NCBI GenBank assembly: GCA_965248575.1
Contig: CBDFJQ010000002.1
Coordinates: forward strand, 4,864,001 to 4,928,000
Source: Planctomycetota bacterium
GTDB lineage: Bacteria > Planctomycetota > B15-G4
Reading direction: 5' to 3'
Length of the DNA stretch: 64,000 nt
The first letter of the stretch is position 1. Every line of letters begins with the position of its first letter. Shown here in pieces: positions 8,743 to 18,233 of this stretch. A program made the position numbers and the translations under genes. The notes under the pieces were generated by a model. That model made no database searches. It saw only the letters and a program-made list of their open reading frames with translations, and was not told the origin of the DNA.

Positions 8743-9735
8743 CTAGGGAGGTTCGGCCTCTTCAGAGGGTGTCGGTCGCTTCGCACGACTTTCTTTTTCC
8801 GGAGCAGCGAAACTCTCGTTGAAAGCCTGGAGAGTGTCGGCTTCCGAGTCCAACCGCCAGTCAGGCTCTCCCTCCCGTCGCTTGTCCAGGTCGAACCAGA
8901 CCACACCGGTGACCGTCGGGTGCCGGGCGAGGCTCCGCCAGGCATCGCGAACCCAACGTGCACGCTGGCCGGGGCCACCCGGGGCGCTTCCGGTCTCACC
9001 CACGAAGATCGGCTTGTCGGGGTAGCGCTCAGCCAGCTCCCACAAGGGTTCGTCGAAGACCTCCGAGAATGACTGCCATGTGTGCCACTGGTCGTGGGCA
9101 TCACCGAAGTTGTAGCCGTCGAAACCGACCCGGTCGACGACGTCATGGCCCGGGTAGTAGAGGTGGATGTCGTTTCCGGGCAGATCGGGAACGCTGACGA
9201 TGTTCGGCGTCCAGACCCACTCGACATGCTGGGCGCCGGCACTCTGGAAGATCTGGTGCGCATGACGCCAGGCCGCGATGTAGTCCTTCGGAGAACCGCT
9301 CCAACTGAACCAGTCACCGTTCATTTCGAAGCCGAAGCGCAGGAGGATCGGCCCCCCTTCCTCCCTCGCGTCCTGTGCCCAGGACGTCAGCTCTGCATCG
9401 TAGGCTCCTTCCAGGAGGCGCGGGAGCTGCTTCGACTGGCCGTCGTGCCAAAGGCCCAGTTCGAGTGAGATCACTGGTGTTGAACCGACGCTGCGGATCG
9501 CCTTCACGGCGGCGTGGGGAAACACCAGGTTGCCGAGGTCGCGATAGAACATGACGAAATCCGGGGACGTCGGGTGGCGCGCGACGAGCGCTGCCATGTC
9601 CCCCGCGTAGTCCCGGCTCGGCCAGTAGATCCGATAGATGCCCCACTGGATGTCATGCCGTGGCGCGTCGGCCGGCCGATCCGGACCCGCACCTCTGCAA
9701 GCGCCCAGGCAGCTCAGGATCAGCGATAGCAGCAT
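8743..9735 (-). CDS. Glycoside hydrolase family 26 lipoprotein
   Basis: Lipobox LGAC; RFGFEMNGDWFSW (acid/base Glu), YYPG..VVD.VG.DGYN, KPIFVGETG (nucleophile Glu). Confidence 0.88.
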   Translation of the reverse strand: MLLSLILSCLGACRGAGPDRPADAPRHDIQWGIYRIYWPSRDYAGDMAALVARHPTSPDFVMFYRDLGNLVFPHAAVKAIRSVGSTPVISLELGLWHDGQSKQLPRLLEGAYDAELTSWAQDAREEGGPILLRFGFEMNGDWFSWSGSPKDYIAAWRHAHQIFQSAGAQHVEWVWTPNIVSVPDLPGNDIHLYYPGHDVVDRVGFDGYNFGDAHDQWHTWQSFSEVFDEPLWELAERYPDKPIFVGETGSAPGGPGQRARWVRDAWRSLARHPTVTGVVWFDLDKRREGEPDWRLDSEADTLQAFNESFAAPEKESRAKRPTPSEEAEPP

Positions 9736-9959
9736 CACGCGCTGGGTGTACCCCACCGGACTCGCGCGGGAGGCAGGGTTCAGCTTCGGCCGAAGAGCGC
9801 GTGTCGTAGACGAAGAGCTGAGCATGCTGGGAGCTTACGCAACTCGCCGCCCACGTCAGAGGCGTGCGAGCCTTCAACAAAACGCGCCGGCACTTGCGCA
9901 GGGGCGAAGGCAATGCTGGGAGCGTCTTCATGGATCAAACCTGCCGGGGATGTTGTGGG

Positions 9960-9978
9960 TCGCAGATTCCTCGCAGAT
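9960..9978 (+). promoter_or_regulatory. Tandem direct repeat TCGCAGAT, 11-bp period; candidate OmpR-family binding box
   Basis: TCGCAGAT at 9960 and 9971, about 30 bp upstream of a receiver-domain start. Confidence 0.45.
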
Positions 9979-10007
9979 CACCCCCGGAGTGGTTCTATCC
10001 TGTCCGC

Positions 10008-10199
10008 ATGCCCCGCAAAGCCATCGAGATCCTGCTGGTCGAGGACGACGCCCAGATCCGGGCCGAGGCCCACGGTGGAACTGTCGGCGCGCACAATGGG
10101 CCAGAGGGTGGCGCCTCAGTCTGCTTCTCCGTGCCACGCCCTCCGTCCAGCCTCAGCTCGTCGTCAGCAGAGGGCGATTCCGCATGCGACCTCGCATGA
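10008..10199 (+). pseudogene. Two-component system deletion remnant: response-regulator N-terminus fused in frame to histidine-kinase C-terminus
   Basis: MPRKAIEILLVEDDAQIR (receiver beta1-alpha1) is joined directly to AEAHGGTVGAHNGPEGGASVCFSVP (HATPase C-terminal strands). Confidence 0.75.
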
Positions 10200-10771
10200 G
10201 AGGCCATCTTTGCTTCGAGACCGAGCGGGCCCGAGTTCGCCGCCTGGTCATGGACGATGTCGACGGCATGCTGAGCGTGTATGGGGATCCGCGCACCATG
10301 CGCTTCGTCGGCAAGACCCTGAAGCGTGCGGGCTGCATCAAGTGGGTCGAGGCGACCCTCGAGAACTACGACCGTTACGGCTACGGCATGTGGGTGGTGG
10401 AGTCGCTTGAGTTGCCGGAGCTCTCCCCCGCGGCGGACGACGACTCCCTGCTCGGCTTCTGTGGCCTGGTGCATCCGGGTGGGCAGGACGAGGTAGAACT
10501 CAAGTATGCCTACCGGCCAGAGGTCTGGGGCCAGGGGTTCGCCACGGAGGTGGCGGAGTCGGCCTTGATGCACGGGGCGATCCGATTGGGGAAGACGGAC
10601 GTGATCGCCACGGCTGACCCGGAGAACACGGCTTCGCATCGCGTCTTGCTCAAGGCGGGCATGAAACCGGCGCCAGCACGAAGGGAAGCGGATGGAAGTC
10701 AGACGTCGGTCTTCCGTTGGAGTGCGGGCCCCATCGCTGAACGCGTCGACTTCCTCAAGCGAAACCCCTGA
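10196..10771 (+). CDS. GNAT N-acetyltransferase, RimJ/RimL type
   Basis: FETER..VRRL, LLGFCGL, VELKY....WGQGFATE, PENTASHRVLLKAGM; ATGA overlap with the upstream ORF. Confidence 0.9.
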   Translation: MRGHLCFETERARVRRLVMDDVDGMLSVYGDPRTMRFVGKTLKRAGCIKWVEATLENYDRYGYGMWVVESLELPELSPAADDDSLLGFCGLVHPGGQDEVELKYAYRPEVWGQGFATEVAESALMHGAIRLGKTDVIATADPENTASHRVLLKAGMKPAPARREADGSQTSVFRWSAGPIAERVDFLKRNP

Positions 10772-10785
10772 AGCGGGATTGATCC

Positions 10786-11292
10786 ATGACGTGCACCCTC
10801 CGAAACTACGAGCCCGGCGACCTCGAGAGCTGTCGCGAACTCTGGCACGAGCTGACCCAGCGCCATCGGGACATCTACAACGACCAGACCATCGGTGGCG
10901 ACCAGCCCGGCTTGCAGTTCGACACCTACCTGGCGAGGGACGATCTCGTCGGGCCGTGGGTCGCCGTGCAGGAGGGTCAGGTGGTGGGCTTGACGGGGCT
11001 GCAGGTCACCGGCAAGGAGGCAGAGCTCGAACCGGTGGTGGTGAGGAAGGAAGCGCGGGGGCAGGGGCTGGGCACGAGGCTCATCGTCCATGCCAAAGAG
11101 CAGGCGCTGGCGCTGGGTGTGACCCATCTCTCCATCCGGCCGGTCGGGCGCAACATCGAGGCCATCCGCTGCTTCCACCGCGCTGGCTTCAGCATCCTGG
11201 GGCGGGTCGAACTCTTCACGGACCTGAAGCAGCCTCGCGAGGGGCTCTGGAAGTCCGGGCTGGAACTCCATGGGCAGGAGTTCCGTTACTGA
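10786..11292 (+). CDS. GNAT N-acetyltransferase
   Basis: VVVRKEARGQGLGTRLI acetyl-CoA motif; NIEAIRCFHRAGF. Confidence 0.9.
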   Translation: MTCTLRNYEPGDLESCRELWHELTQRHRDIYNDQTIGGDQPGLQFDTYLARDDLVGPWVAVQEGQVVGLTGLQVTGKEAELEPVVVRKEARGQGLGTRLIVHAKEQALALGVTHLSIRPVGRNIEAIRCFHRAGFSILGRVELFTDLKQPREGLWKSGLELHGQEFRY

Positions 11293-11383
11293 CGGGTGAA
11301 CTGCACGTTGCGTTTGGGTACACCCGCTGCAACGAAAACGGGGCACGTGAGCGTGCCCGCTGCCCTCAACGGAAGACACTCCC

Positions 11384-12340
11384 ATGGCGGAACCGGAAGT
11401 CGACAATGCGCCCGAGAAGTACGCGCAGCGTCTCCGGCGGAACAAGAAGGCTTACCAGCGGGCCTTTGAATCCGAGGGCAAGATCTGGGGCGAGAAGTTT
11501 TCCAGCGCGGAACGGCGCGCGAAGATCCTGGCCGACCAGGCCGCCGCCGCCGAGCTGGGGCTCAACCAGCATCAGCTGAATCTGATGGGTTGCCTGAAGG
11601 GGTTGGGTTCCAAGTTCAAGACGGGCTTGAGCCTCGCCTGCGGTGATGGCCGGGCCGAGCGCCGCCTGATGAAGGCCGGGCGCGGGGAGCGCTTCCATGG
11701 CATCGACGTGGCCCCCAAGGCCGTCGAAGCCGCTCAGGGCCTCGCCGACGCGGACCAGTTGGCGATCACTTATGAGGTGGCGGACCTGAACAGCGTGCAG
11801 CTCGCGCCGGCCAGCTATGACCTCGTGGTCACGCAGAACTGCCTGCATCATGTCTTGGAGCTGGAGCACCTGGCCGAACAGGTCTGGGGTTGTCTACGCC
11901 CGGACGGCCTGCTCTGGATCCAGGACTACATTGGTGAGTCGCAGTTCCAGTACTCCGACGCTCGCATTGAGATCGCGAATCGCTGGCTTGGGCTCCTGCC
12001 GGAAGAGCTGCGCTACGACAGCGTGAACGATCGCACCATCGGATCGATTGAACGACGGCCCGTGGGGCAGCTCGTGTCGCCCTTCGAGGCGGTGCGTTCC
12101 CTGGAGATCATGCCCATCTTCCTGCGCTACTTCGAAGTGGTCAGGAAGCGCGAATCCCGGGCCGTGATGCACCTCGTCTGTCCCAAGGGGTTCCGGGGCA
12201 GCTACCTCGTCAGCGAAGCCAGTCGAAGCCTGTTCAAGATGATGGCCGAGATGGATGAGATCTTGATCGAGTCGGGAGCCCTGCCGCCCGCCGAAGGGCG
12301 CTACCTCTTGCGTCGACGGGCCGAGCCCCTGCCTGCCTAG
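11384..12340 (+). CDS. Class I SAM-dependent methyltransferase
   Basis: LSLACGDG, GIDVA, ADLN, YDLVV..NCLHHV, LRPDG. Confidence 0.88.
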   Translation: MAEPEVDNAPEKYAQRLRRNKKAYQRAFESEGKIWGEKFSSAERRAKILADQAAAAELGLNQHQLNLMGCLKGLGSKFKTGLSLACGDGRAERRLMKAGRGERFHGIDVAPKAVEAAQGLADADQLAITYEVADLNSVQLAPASYDLVVTQNCLHHVLELEHLAEQVWGCLRPDGLLWIQDYIGESQFQYSDARIEIANRWLGLLPEELRYDSVNDRTIGSIERRPVGQLVSPFEAVRSLEIMPIFLRYFEVVRKRESRAVMHLVCPKGFRGSYLVSEASRSLFKMMAEMDEILIESGALPPAEGRYLLRRRAEPLPA

Positions 12341-12357
12341 GGTTGCGCGCGCACGCC

Positions 12358-12729
12358 CTACTCCTCGTCCAGCAGCTTGAGCAGCTTCTTGGGTGCGATG
12401 CAGCGGTAACTCTCCTCGAGCCATTGTTGGAGCAGGCCCAAGGGCGGGTCGTCCCCGGGCTTGAAGGAGGCGCTCACCCAACCGTGCTTGCCGAGCCCAT
12501 AGCCGGTGGGCTCCGCCCAGGAGTTCTTGAGCGCCTGGGCCGCCGAGTGGGGCAGCTTCATGCTCATGCCCAGCCGCTCGTCCTCCAGGGCCAAGAAGAG
12601 GAACACCTTCTTGCGCACCTTGAAGGCGTCGTGGCCCCAGGGGTGCTCGAGCGTGGCCTCGGGATAGTCGAGGGCGATGGTCCTCAGGACCGAATCGATC
12701 TTGGCGAGGGTCTTGGATTTGCGTGCCAT
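12358..12729 (-). CDS. MmcQ/YjbR family protein
   Basis: YPEATLEHPWG..AFKVRKKVF; PTGYGLGKHGWV; WLEESYR.IAPKKL. Confidence 0.88.
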   Translation of the reverse strand: MARKSKTLAKIDSVLRTIALDYPEATLEHPWGHDAFKVRKKVFLFLALEDERLGMSMKLPHSAAQALKNSWAEPTGYGLGKHGWVSASFKPGDDPPLGLLQQWLEESYRCIAPKKLLKLLDEE

Positions 12730-12749
12730 GGTCAGCCGGGCTCCGAGAA

Positions 12750-14456
12750 TCAGTAGGTGCGCGAGAAGCTGCCGATGATCTTCGCAGGTGGATCCGCGGC
12801 CCAGTAGTCGGCAGTGGAGATCTGAATGTTCACGCTGGCTTGGGGTGCGAGTTGCAGCAGGAAGGGCGGTGACTCCAGCGCCAGCCTCTGGCTGGGGTCG
12901 GAGGCCACCTCCCAGGTCCACTTCCCGTGGAAGAGGCCGCGGAAGCTGCTGTCGGCGAGGTTGGTGATGCGCACGCTGGGGCGGCCGAAGGCGTCGTTGT
13001 CCGGATGGCGCAGCGCCTCGAAGTCGAGCCCGTCATGGGCTGTCCTGCCGAGCTGGCGGAACAGGAACTCGTGTCGACCGATCCGCGAGTTGGCGAGCAA
13101 GGTCCAGTCGGATCGGTTCCACGTCCCATCCAGCAGGTTGCGGTAGACCAGATCGGCCTCGAGCCCGGTGTCCTCGAGGATCCCCTTGAAATGCCAGGTC
13201 TCCTCGGGGCTGTCCACCGCAACGAAACGTTCGTACCTGGGCACGCGTTCCAGCCGGTAGCGGGATGCGAGGTATTCCGCGTGTGCCTCCCCCAGGCGGG
13301 CCGGGGTCGACGCAGGGGGGAAGGCCTTGCCCACACCCAGCAGCTCCTCCTGATAGTGGTGCATGATCTCGTGGATCAACACATCCTTCAGCATGGGCAG
13401 GGAGTACTCGGGCTTGCGCAGGATGTAGATGACGTTGCCGGCCGGCGAGTAGCCGTGCACGTCCTCGACCTGCGACGCGACGAGCTCGTCCAGGGTGGCG
13501 CGGCGCTGTTCAGGGCTCGCATCACCGTCCGGCCCCAGGCGCCCCTCGGCGCGGAGCCAGTCTTCGGCGGCCTGGTAGTTGGTTTCGACGAATGGGCGCA
13601 GGCTCTCGAAGGCGTCGCCCCGGTCCACGGGGCGGAACTCGAGCGCCGCAGCCGGGGTCCAGGCCAGCCAGTCGGCAATGTCTTCGTGGAAGCCGGTCCC
13701 CAGTCGCTGGAGCTCCGCGGCATCGATGGCCTCCGTGGCGAGGATGTCCTCGACGATTTCCTCGCAGAGCACCTGTGCGGACTCGGTGGCGTGTGCGAAG
13801 GGGGCTTCTTCCAGGGCGTAAACCAGGCGCGGCTCCGTCGTCTGGAAATCCTGATAGACGTGGCCTGGGCGACCCCAGCCCCGGGCGACCACCTGCGTGG
13901 CGACATCCTCGGTGCTGGCTTCCCCGTCCTGGTCTGGGTTTGGGGCGACACGCAGGATCGCCACGCGACGCAAGCGGTCGAGGTCAGGAGCATCGGGTGC
14001 AATGGCGCTGGTCCCCTGCTTGTATTGAGCCAACGGGACTTCGACGAGGCGTGTTCCTGGCGCCGTGAGCCACTGCCTGAGTTCGGCTCGCCAGGCGTCC
14101 CGCAGGCCGGCGCGCACGTCCGTGGGCAGGCGCTCATCGTCACCATGCACGCCGTCCAGGCGCACGCGTTCCTCTCCACGCTCGCTGCGGATGCGCAGCA
14201 CATGCACGTCCAACACGTCCAGCAGCTCCACCGGGCGGGGCGTGTGATCCAGGGTGAGCTCCTGCGCCCCTTCGGCCCGCGCCCGTCCGATCAGGTCCAC
14301 GACCTCGTCGGATGTGGAGGTGACCTCCAGTCGCAGGAAGTGGCGTTGGGCTGTGCCTTGGTCGTCGGCGCTTCCACAGGCGGGCAGGGTCGTCGCGAGA
14401 ACGAGCGCGAGGCACGCGAGGCAGGTGGCTTGTGGGCTTCGTCGACGCGCGGGCAT
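12750..14456 (-). CDS. Hypothetical lipoprotein with degenerate SNase-like region and HEXXH gluzincin-like motif
   Basis: Lipobox LPAC; HEIMH followed by GEAHAEYLA; N-terminal VLD...RVRLDGV...LDRLRR...QVVARGWG pattern. Confidence 0.65.
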   Translation of the reverse strand: MPARRRSPQATCLACLALVLATTLPACGSADDQGTAQRHFLRLEVTSTSDEVVDLIGRARAEGAQELTLDHTPRPVELLDVLDVHVLRIRSERGEERVRLDGVHGDDERLPTDVRAGLRDAWRAELRQWLTAPGTRLVEVPLAQYKQGTSAIAPDAPDLDRLRRVAILRVAPNPDQDGEASTEDVATQVVARGWGRPGHVYQDFQTTEPRLVYALEEAPFAHATESAQVLCEEIVEDILATEAIDAAELQRLGTGFHEDIADWLAWTPAAALEFRPVDRGDAFESLRPFVETNYQAAEDWLRAEGRLGPDGDASPEQRRATLDELVASQVEDVHGYSPAGNVIYILRKPEYSLPMLKDVLIHEIMHHYQEELLGVGKAFPPASTPARLGEAHAEYLASRYRLERVPRYERFVAVDSPEETWHFKGILEDTGLEADLVYRNLLDGTWNRSDWTLLANSRIGRHEFLFRQLGRTAHDGLDFEALRHPDNDAFGRPSVRITNLADSSFRGLFHGKWTWEVASDPSQRLALESPPFLLQLAPQASVNIQISTADYWAADPPAKIIGSFSRTY

Positions 14457-14475
14457 GGTGGGCAGGCCCTGCGCC

Positions 14476-16212
14476 TCAGGAATCGTCCTTGCCGAGCAGC
14501 AGGGACTCGGGATGGCGTTCGAGGTAGTCCGCCAAGGCGGCGATGGAGCGCATGCCCGACGAGATCTCACGCAGCGCGGCCGTGAGTTCTTCCTGGATGA
14601 TGGGCAGGTCCGCGGCCAGGTTCGCGACGCCTCCTTCGCCCTCCTGCACCAGGCCCAGCGCGGAGTCAGCCGTTTCCTGCAGGGTGGCGATGAGGTTCGG
14701 TGTGCCGCCTTGCAGATCCTGCATCACGGAGTCGATGCGCGTGACCAAGGTCCGCATCTCCTCGACGGCCGTACTCAGGGAGGACACGAGCGGGCGCGAG
14801 TCGGTCTGCAAGTCCGTGAGCAGCAGGTCCAGCGAAGCGGCGGCCGATTCCACCGAGGCGAGCGTATCCTTCGTCTGGGATGACGCCACGATCTCGGAGA
14901 TGCCGGCCACGGTGGATTGCAAGTCGGCCACGATCGTAGGCAGCTGGGAGATCATCTCGGTGATGGCCTCGCCGGTGGAAATGATCGTGGGGATCTCTGG
15001 AGGGTCCGTCTCGGAAGCGAAGTAGTTGGGGGTCGTGTCCGGGTGGAAGTCCACCACGATGTCCCGGGCACCCGTGAGAAGGTTGGCTGGGCCGAGCTGC
15101 GCGCGGAGCCCTCCCTCCACCATGCGCGTCACGCGGTCGTGGTGGGACTCGTCCGGGTCGTCGTTCTCCGGAGAGAGGCGGCCGGGGTAGGTCTCCATGA
15201 GAACGGGCATCCTGAACGACACATCGGAGCGATCCACCTCGACCGAGAGCTGCAACACCTTGCCGATCTCGATGCCCTGGAAGACGACGGCGGAGCCCAC
15301 GCTCAGGCCAGTGAGGGGCTCGCTGAAGTAGGAGATGGTCTGGCGGGGCTGTGAGTTGATCTCCGCCGCCTCGGAGTCGGTCGCGATGAGCGAGTACACC
15401 TGGCCTGCCTCGGCGGCCGGGCCGAGGGGCTCGCCGGGGGCCTTGCCGAAGGCGATGCCCCCCAAGAGGATGGCTTCGAGGGATTCGGCATGCACGTCGA
15501 AGCCGTCGGCTGAGAGCGTCACGTCGAAGCCGCTCGCGTTCCAGAACCGTGTGTTGGTCCGGACCAGGTCGGCGTACTCAGGTTCGATGTAGACGTCGAA
15601 CTCGATCAGCTCCTCGTCGCGCAGGTAGGTGTAGCCGTCCACTTGCCCCATGGGGATCTGCAGGTGGGAGACGGGGGTGCCGGCGCTGATGGAGCCCATG
15701 CTGTCCGAGCGAAGCTTCAGCATGAGGCCGCTGGCGTCAGCGGGCCGGCTTGGCGGGTCCTCCAGGCCTTGGAAGGTGCTCGTGGGCTGGCCCTGGGTCG
15801 AGAGGTCGGCAGCGATGTAGGCGCCGGAGATGATCGTGCCGAGGCCCGACACACCCCCCGCTCCGATGCGCGGCTTGACGACCCAGAAGCGGGTGCCATC
15901 CACGAGATAGGGTTCGGAGCCCACCGTCAACTCTGCGGTGGCGATCACATGGTCCAAGCTCGGCGCGAGCTGGATGTCGGTCACATGGCCGACCTCCAGC
16001 TCCTTGAACTTGATCTTGGTCTTGCCTGCCTCGATGCCGTCGGCCGTGACGAAGTTCAACACGATGGTCGGGCCCTGCTCCTGCATGGCCTTGTACCAGA
16101 GCCAACCACCCACGAGAGCCGCCACGATCGGGACGATCCAGATGGTCTGGATGCCCTTCTTCTTGCGGATGACGGCCTCTGGGACGGAGTCGGTCGAAGT
16201 GTCGGAGGTCAT
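14476..16212 (-). CDS. pqiB: PqiB-type MCE/MlaD intermembrane transport protein
   Basis: IWIVPIVAALVGGWL TM; three MCE domains; helical C-terminus ending LADYLERHPESLLLGK. Confidence 0.92.
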   Translation of the reverse strand: MTSDTSTDSVPEAVIRKKKGIQTIWIVPIVAALVGGWLWYKAMQEQGPTIVLNFVTADGIEAGKTKIKFKELEVGHVTDIQLAPSLDHVIATAELTVGSEPYLVDGTRFWVVKPRIGAGGVSGLGTIISGAYIAADLSTQGQPTSTFQGLEDPPSRPADASGLMLKLRSDSMGSISAGTPVSHLQIPMGQVDGYTYLRDEELIEFDVYIEPEYADLVRTNTRFWNASGFDVTLSADGFDVHAESLEAILLGGIAFGKAPGEPLGPAAEAGQVYSLIATDSEAAEINSQPRQTISYFSEPLTGLSVGSAVVFQGIEIGKVLQLSVEVDRSDVSFRMPVLMETYPGRLSPENDDPDESHHDRVTRMVEGGLRAQLGPANLLTGARDIVVDFHPDTTPNYFASETDPPEIPTIISTGEAITEMISQLPTIVADLQSTVAGISEIVASSQTKDTLASVESAAASLDLLLTDLQTDSRPLVSSLSTAVEEMRTLVTRIDSVMQDLQGGTPNLIATLQETADSALGLVQEGEGGVANLAADLPIIQEELTAALREISSGMRSIAALADYLERHPESLLLGKDDS

Positions 16213-16844
16213 GGCGAATCTTCCAGGGCGTCCCAGATCAGACGGGGGTCAAAGGACTCGGCTGCGAGCATGGTCAAGACGACGACGGCACAGAAGGCCA
16301 CGGCGCCTGCGCCCGCGTGGATGGTGGCGAGCGCCTGCAGTTGCACCAAGGCAACCAGCAGCGCGATGACGAAGATGTCGAGCATGGACCAACGACCGAT
16401 GTGCTCGATCAGGCGATAGAAGGCGGTGCGGTCGCGGGGCCTCCAGCGCGACTTGAACTTGACGGAGAGCAGGAGCCACGTGAGTACGAAGAGCTTGAGT
16501 ACGGGCACGGCGATGCTGGCGAAGAACAAGAGCATCGCGATGGGTGCGTCCCCGTGGTGGAACAACAGGATCACGCCGCTCATGATGGTGTCCGGCTCAC
16601 CCGCGCCGAGGTAGACGATGGTGGACACCGGCAGCACGTTGGCCGGGATGTACATGATGTAGGCGGCGATGAGCAGCGCCCAGGACCGGGAGAGCGAGTG
16701 CGCCTTGCGCATGTGAAGCTCGGAGTCGCAGCGCGGGCAATGGGCTGTCGAACCCCGTGGGACCTCGGGCAGCCGGCTCGAGAGGCCACAGTCGTGGCAG
16801 CGCGCCAGGCCCGAGGCTCGCGCACTCAGGCTCTGCGAACTCAC
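16209..16844 (-). CDS. pqiA: Paraquat-inducible protein A (C-half type)
   Basis: CHDC..CPRC, YIPANVLP, DTIMSGV, IGRWSMLDIFV, FDPRLIWD. Confidence 0.92.
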   Translation of the reverse strand: MSSQSLSARASGLARCHDCGLSSRLPEVPRGSTAHCPRCDSELHMRKAHSLSRSWALLIAAYIMYIPANVLPVSTIVYLGAGEPDTIMSGVILLFHHGDAPIAMLLFFASIAVPVLKLFVLTWLLLSVKFKSRWRPRDRTAFYRLIEHIGRWSMLDIFVIALLVALVQLQALATIHAGAGAVAFCAVVVLTMLAAESFDPRLIWDALEDSP

Positions 16845-17464
16845 GCGCTTTCCCCGCCGTCGAGGTAGTCCCAGAAACGGGCAGGGTCAAACGCCACGAG
16901 ACTCGCGGTCGATGTGAGAATCAACAGCACGAAGGCGTAGAGCGCCGGGCCGAACACGATGTCGGCCATGTCCGAGAGCTTGATGGCAGAGACGATGGCG
17001 CCGAGCAGGAAGACCTCCATCATGCTCCAGGCTTTCAGCCGGCCCAGGGCCTTGCCCAGCCCGACCATCCACCCGAAGCGCTTGCCCATGAGCATGGGGG
17101 CACTCAAGGCGAGTAGCCCAGCGATCATCACGAAGGGAGCCAGGACGCTCGTGAACAACACCATGCCTGCGAGCGCGTCGTAGCCATCCGAGTGCAACTG
17201 GGTGATGCCCGAGTAGAGCCGGGCTACCTGGACCCGGCCGGCGATCTGGAACTCCATGAAAGGAAAGGAGTTCGCCACCACCAGCAGGATCAAGCTCGCG
17301 GAGGAGAAGGCGAAGGTGCGTGTCGCGACGTCTCGTGTGCCACGCGCGAGAAGACTTCCACAGCGGGAGCACAGAGCCTTCTCGCCAGGTGCGAGTGGTC
17401 GAGCGGCGTGCAGCAAGTCACAGTCGTGGCACGCGAGCGCGGCGGTGGTTGGGGGTGGGGCCAT
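16841..17464 (-). CDS. pqiA: Paraquat-inducible protein A (N-half type)
   Basis: ACHDCDLL..CSRCG, VANSFP, WSMMEVFLLG.IVS.IKL. Confidence 0.92.
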   Translation of the reverse strand: MAPPPTTAALACHDCDLLHAARPLAPGEKALCSRCGSLLARGTRDVATRTFAFSSASLILLVVANSFPFMEFQIAGRVQVARLYSGITQLHSDGYDALAGMVLFTSVLAPFVMIAGLLALSAPMLMGKRFGWMVGLGKALGRLKAWSMMEVFLLGAIVSAIKLSDMADIVFGPALYAFVLLILTSTASLVAFDPARFWDYLDGGESA

Positions 17465-17491
17465 AGGAGCTGGCCTGGATTCTATCCCCGC

Positions 17492-18037
17492 TCAATGGGC
17501 CCGCGAAACAGATCTTGAAAGCTGCTTGTCAGGTGGAGTGTTCGGCGCCTCCGGGAGCTCGGACGACTGTTCGAAGAAGCACTCTGCGAACCGAAGGCAG
17601 CAGCCCTCCACGAAGGACTCGAGGGCTTCCCGCTGGTCCAGCAGCCTGCCGCCCATGGGACCGCTCATGTCCTCTGTGGGAAGGTCGGTATCGAAGACGG
17701 TGCAGCTGCAGATGAGTGCGTACTCACCGTTCTCCGTGTCCATGCTCAGCGCGAACTCCAGTCGGTTGAACGCTTTGTAGGGCGACCCCTTGAACGATCC
17801 GTGTGGGAGGTCGGCTTCGAGCCCGAGCACCCAGGCGCCGTCGTAGAGTCGGCGCCGCGGCCACAGCTGGGGGAGTTCATCCCGGAGCGCGCTGAGGTAG
17901 GGCTCCAGCAGGCGCTCGAAGGCTTCCCTGACGTCCAGGGCAAGCAGTGCCCTGCCGGCATAGGGTTGCCTACCGTGACGCGCCTCTTGTTGGAGCTTGA
18001 GGGGCCGGATCTTGTCGCTGAGGCTCAGTGTGCTCAT
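17492..18037 (-). CDS. Hypothetical protein
   Basis: Protein-like frame from MSTLSLSDKIRP; GGAG upstream; co-oriented with pqiA. No family recognised. Confidence 0.6.
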   Translation of the reverse strand: MSTLSLSDKIRPLKLQQEARHGRQPYAGRALLALDVREAFERLLEPYLSALRDELPQLWPRRRLYDGAWVLGLEADLPHGSFKGSPYKAFNRLEFALSMDTENGEYALICSCTVFDTDLPTEDMSGPMGGRLLDQREALESFVEGCCLRFAECFFEQSSELPEAPNTPPDKQLSRSVSRAH

Positions 18038-18079
18038 CGGTGGGGCTCCGTGCTGGTGGGGGTTTGGAGTTGGCGCCCG

Positions 18080-18120
18080 AAAAGTGAGGGGCTGTCGGCG
18101 GAGGTTCCGACAGCCCCTCA
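18080..18120 (-). terminator. Intrinsic terminator-like hairpin upstream of the 17492-18037 gene
   Basis: Perfect 14-bp inverted repeat TGAGGGGCTGTCGG / CCGACAGCCCCTCA followed on the minus strand by CTTTT. Confidence 0.65.
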
Positions 18121-18205
18121 AGTGGCCACCGCCAGAGTCGTCAGGGTGAGGGACGGGGAGGGAAGAGACTCTGAAAGGGCCGTGCAGCGAGGGTGTTGGG
18201 AGAGT

Positions 18206-18233
18206 TGCCAAGGACAGCTGCCAAGGACAGCTG
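18206..18233. repeat. 13-bp tandem duplication TGCCAAGGACAGC x2
   Basis: Read directly at 18206-18218 and 18219-18231 (+TG). Confidence 0.9.

Noticed and set aside
8580..9317. Long N-terminal extensions in the ORF track (pilin 396 aa, OMF 669 aa, GNAT 377 aa, 28880 gene 430 aa)
   Set aside because: The extensions overlap neighbouring real genes and are low-complexity; downstream starts give correct signal peptides or start-stop overlaps.
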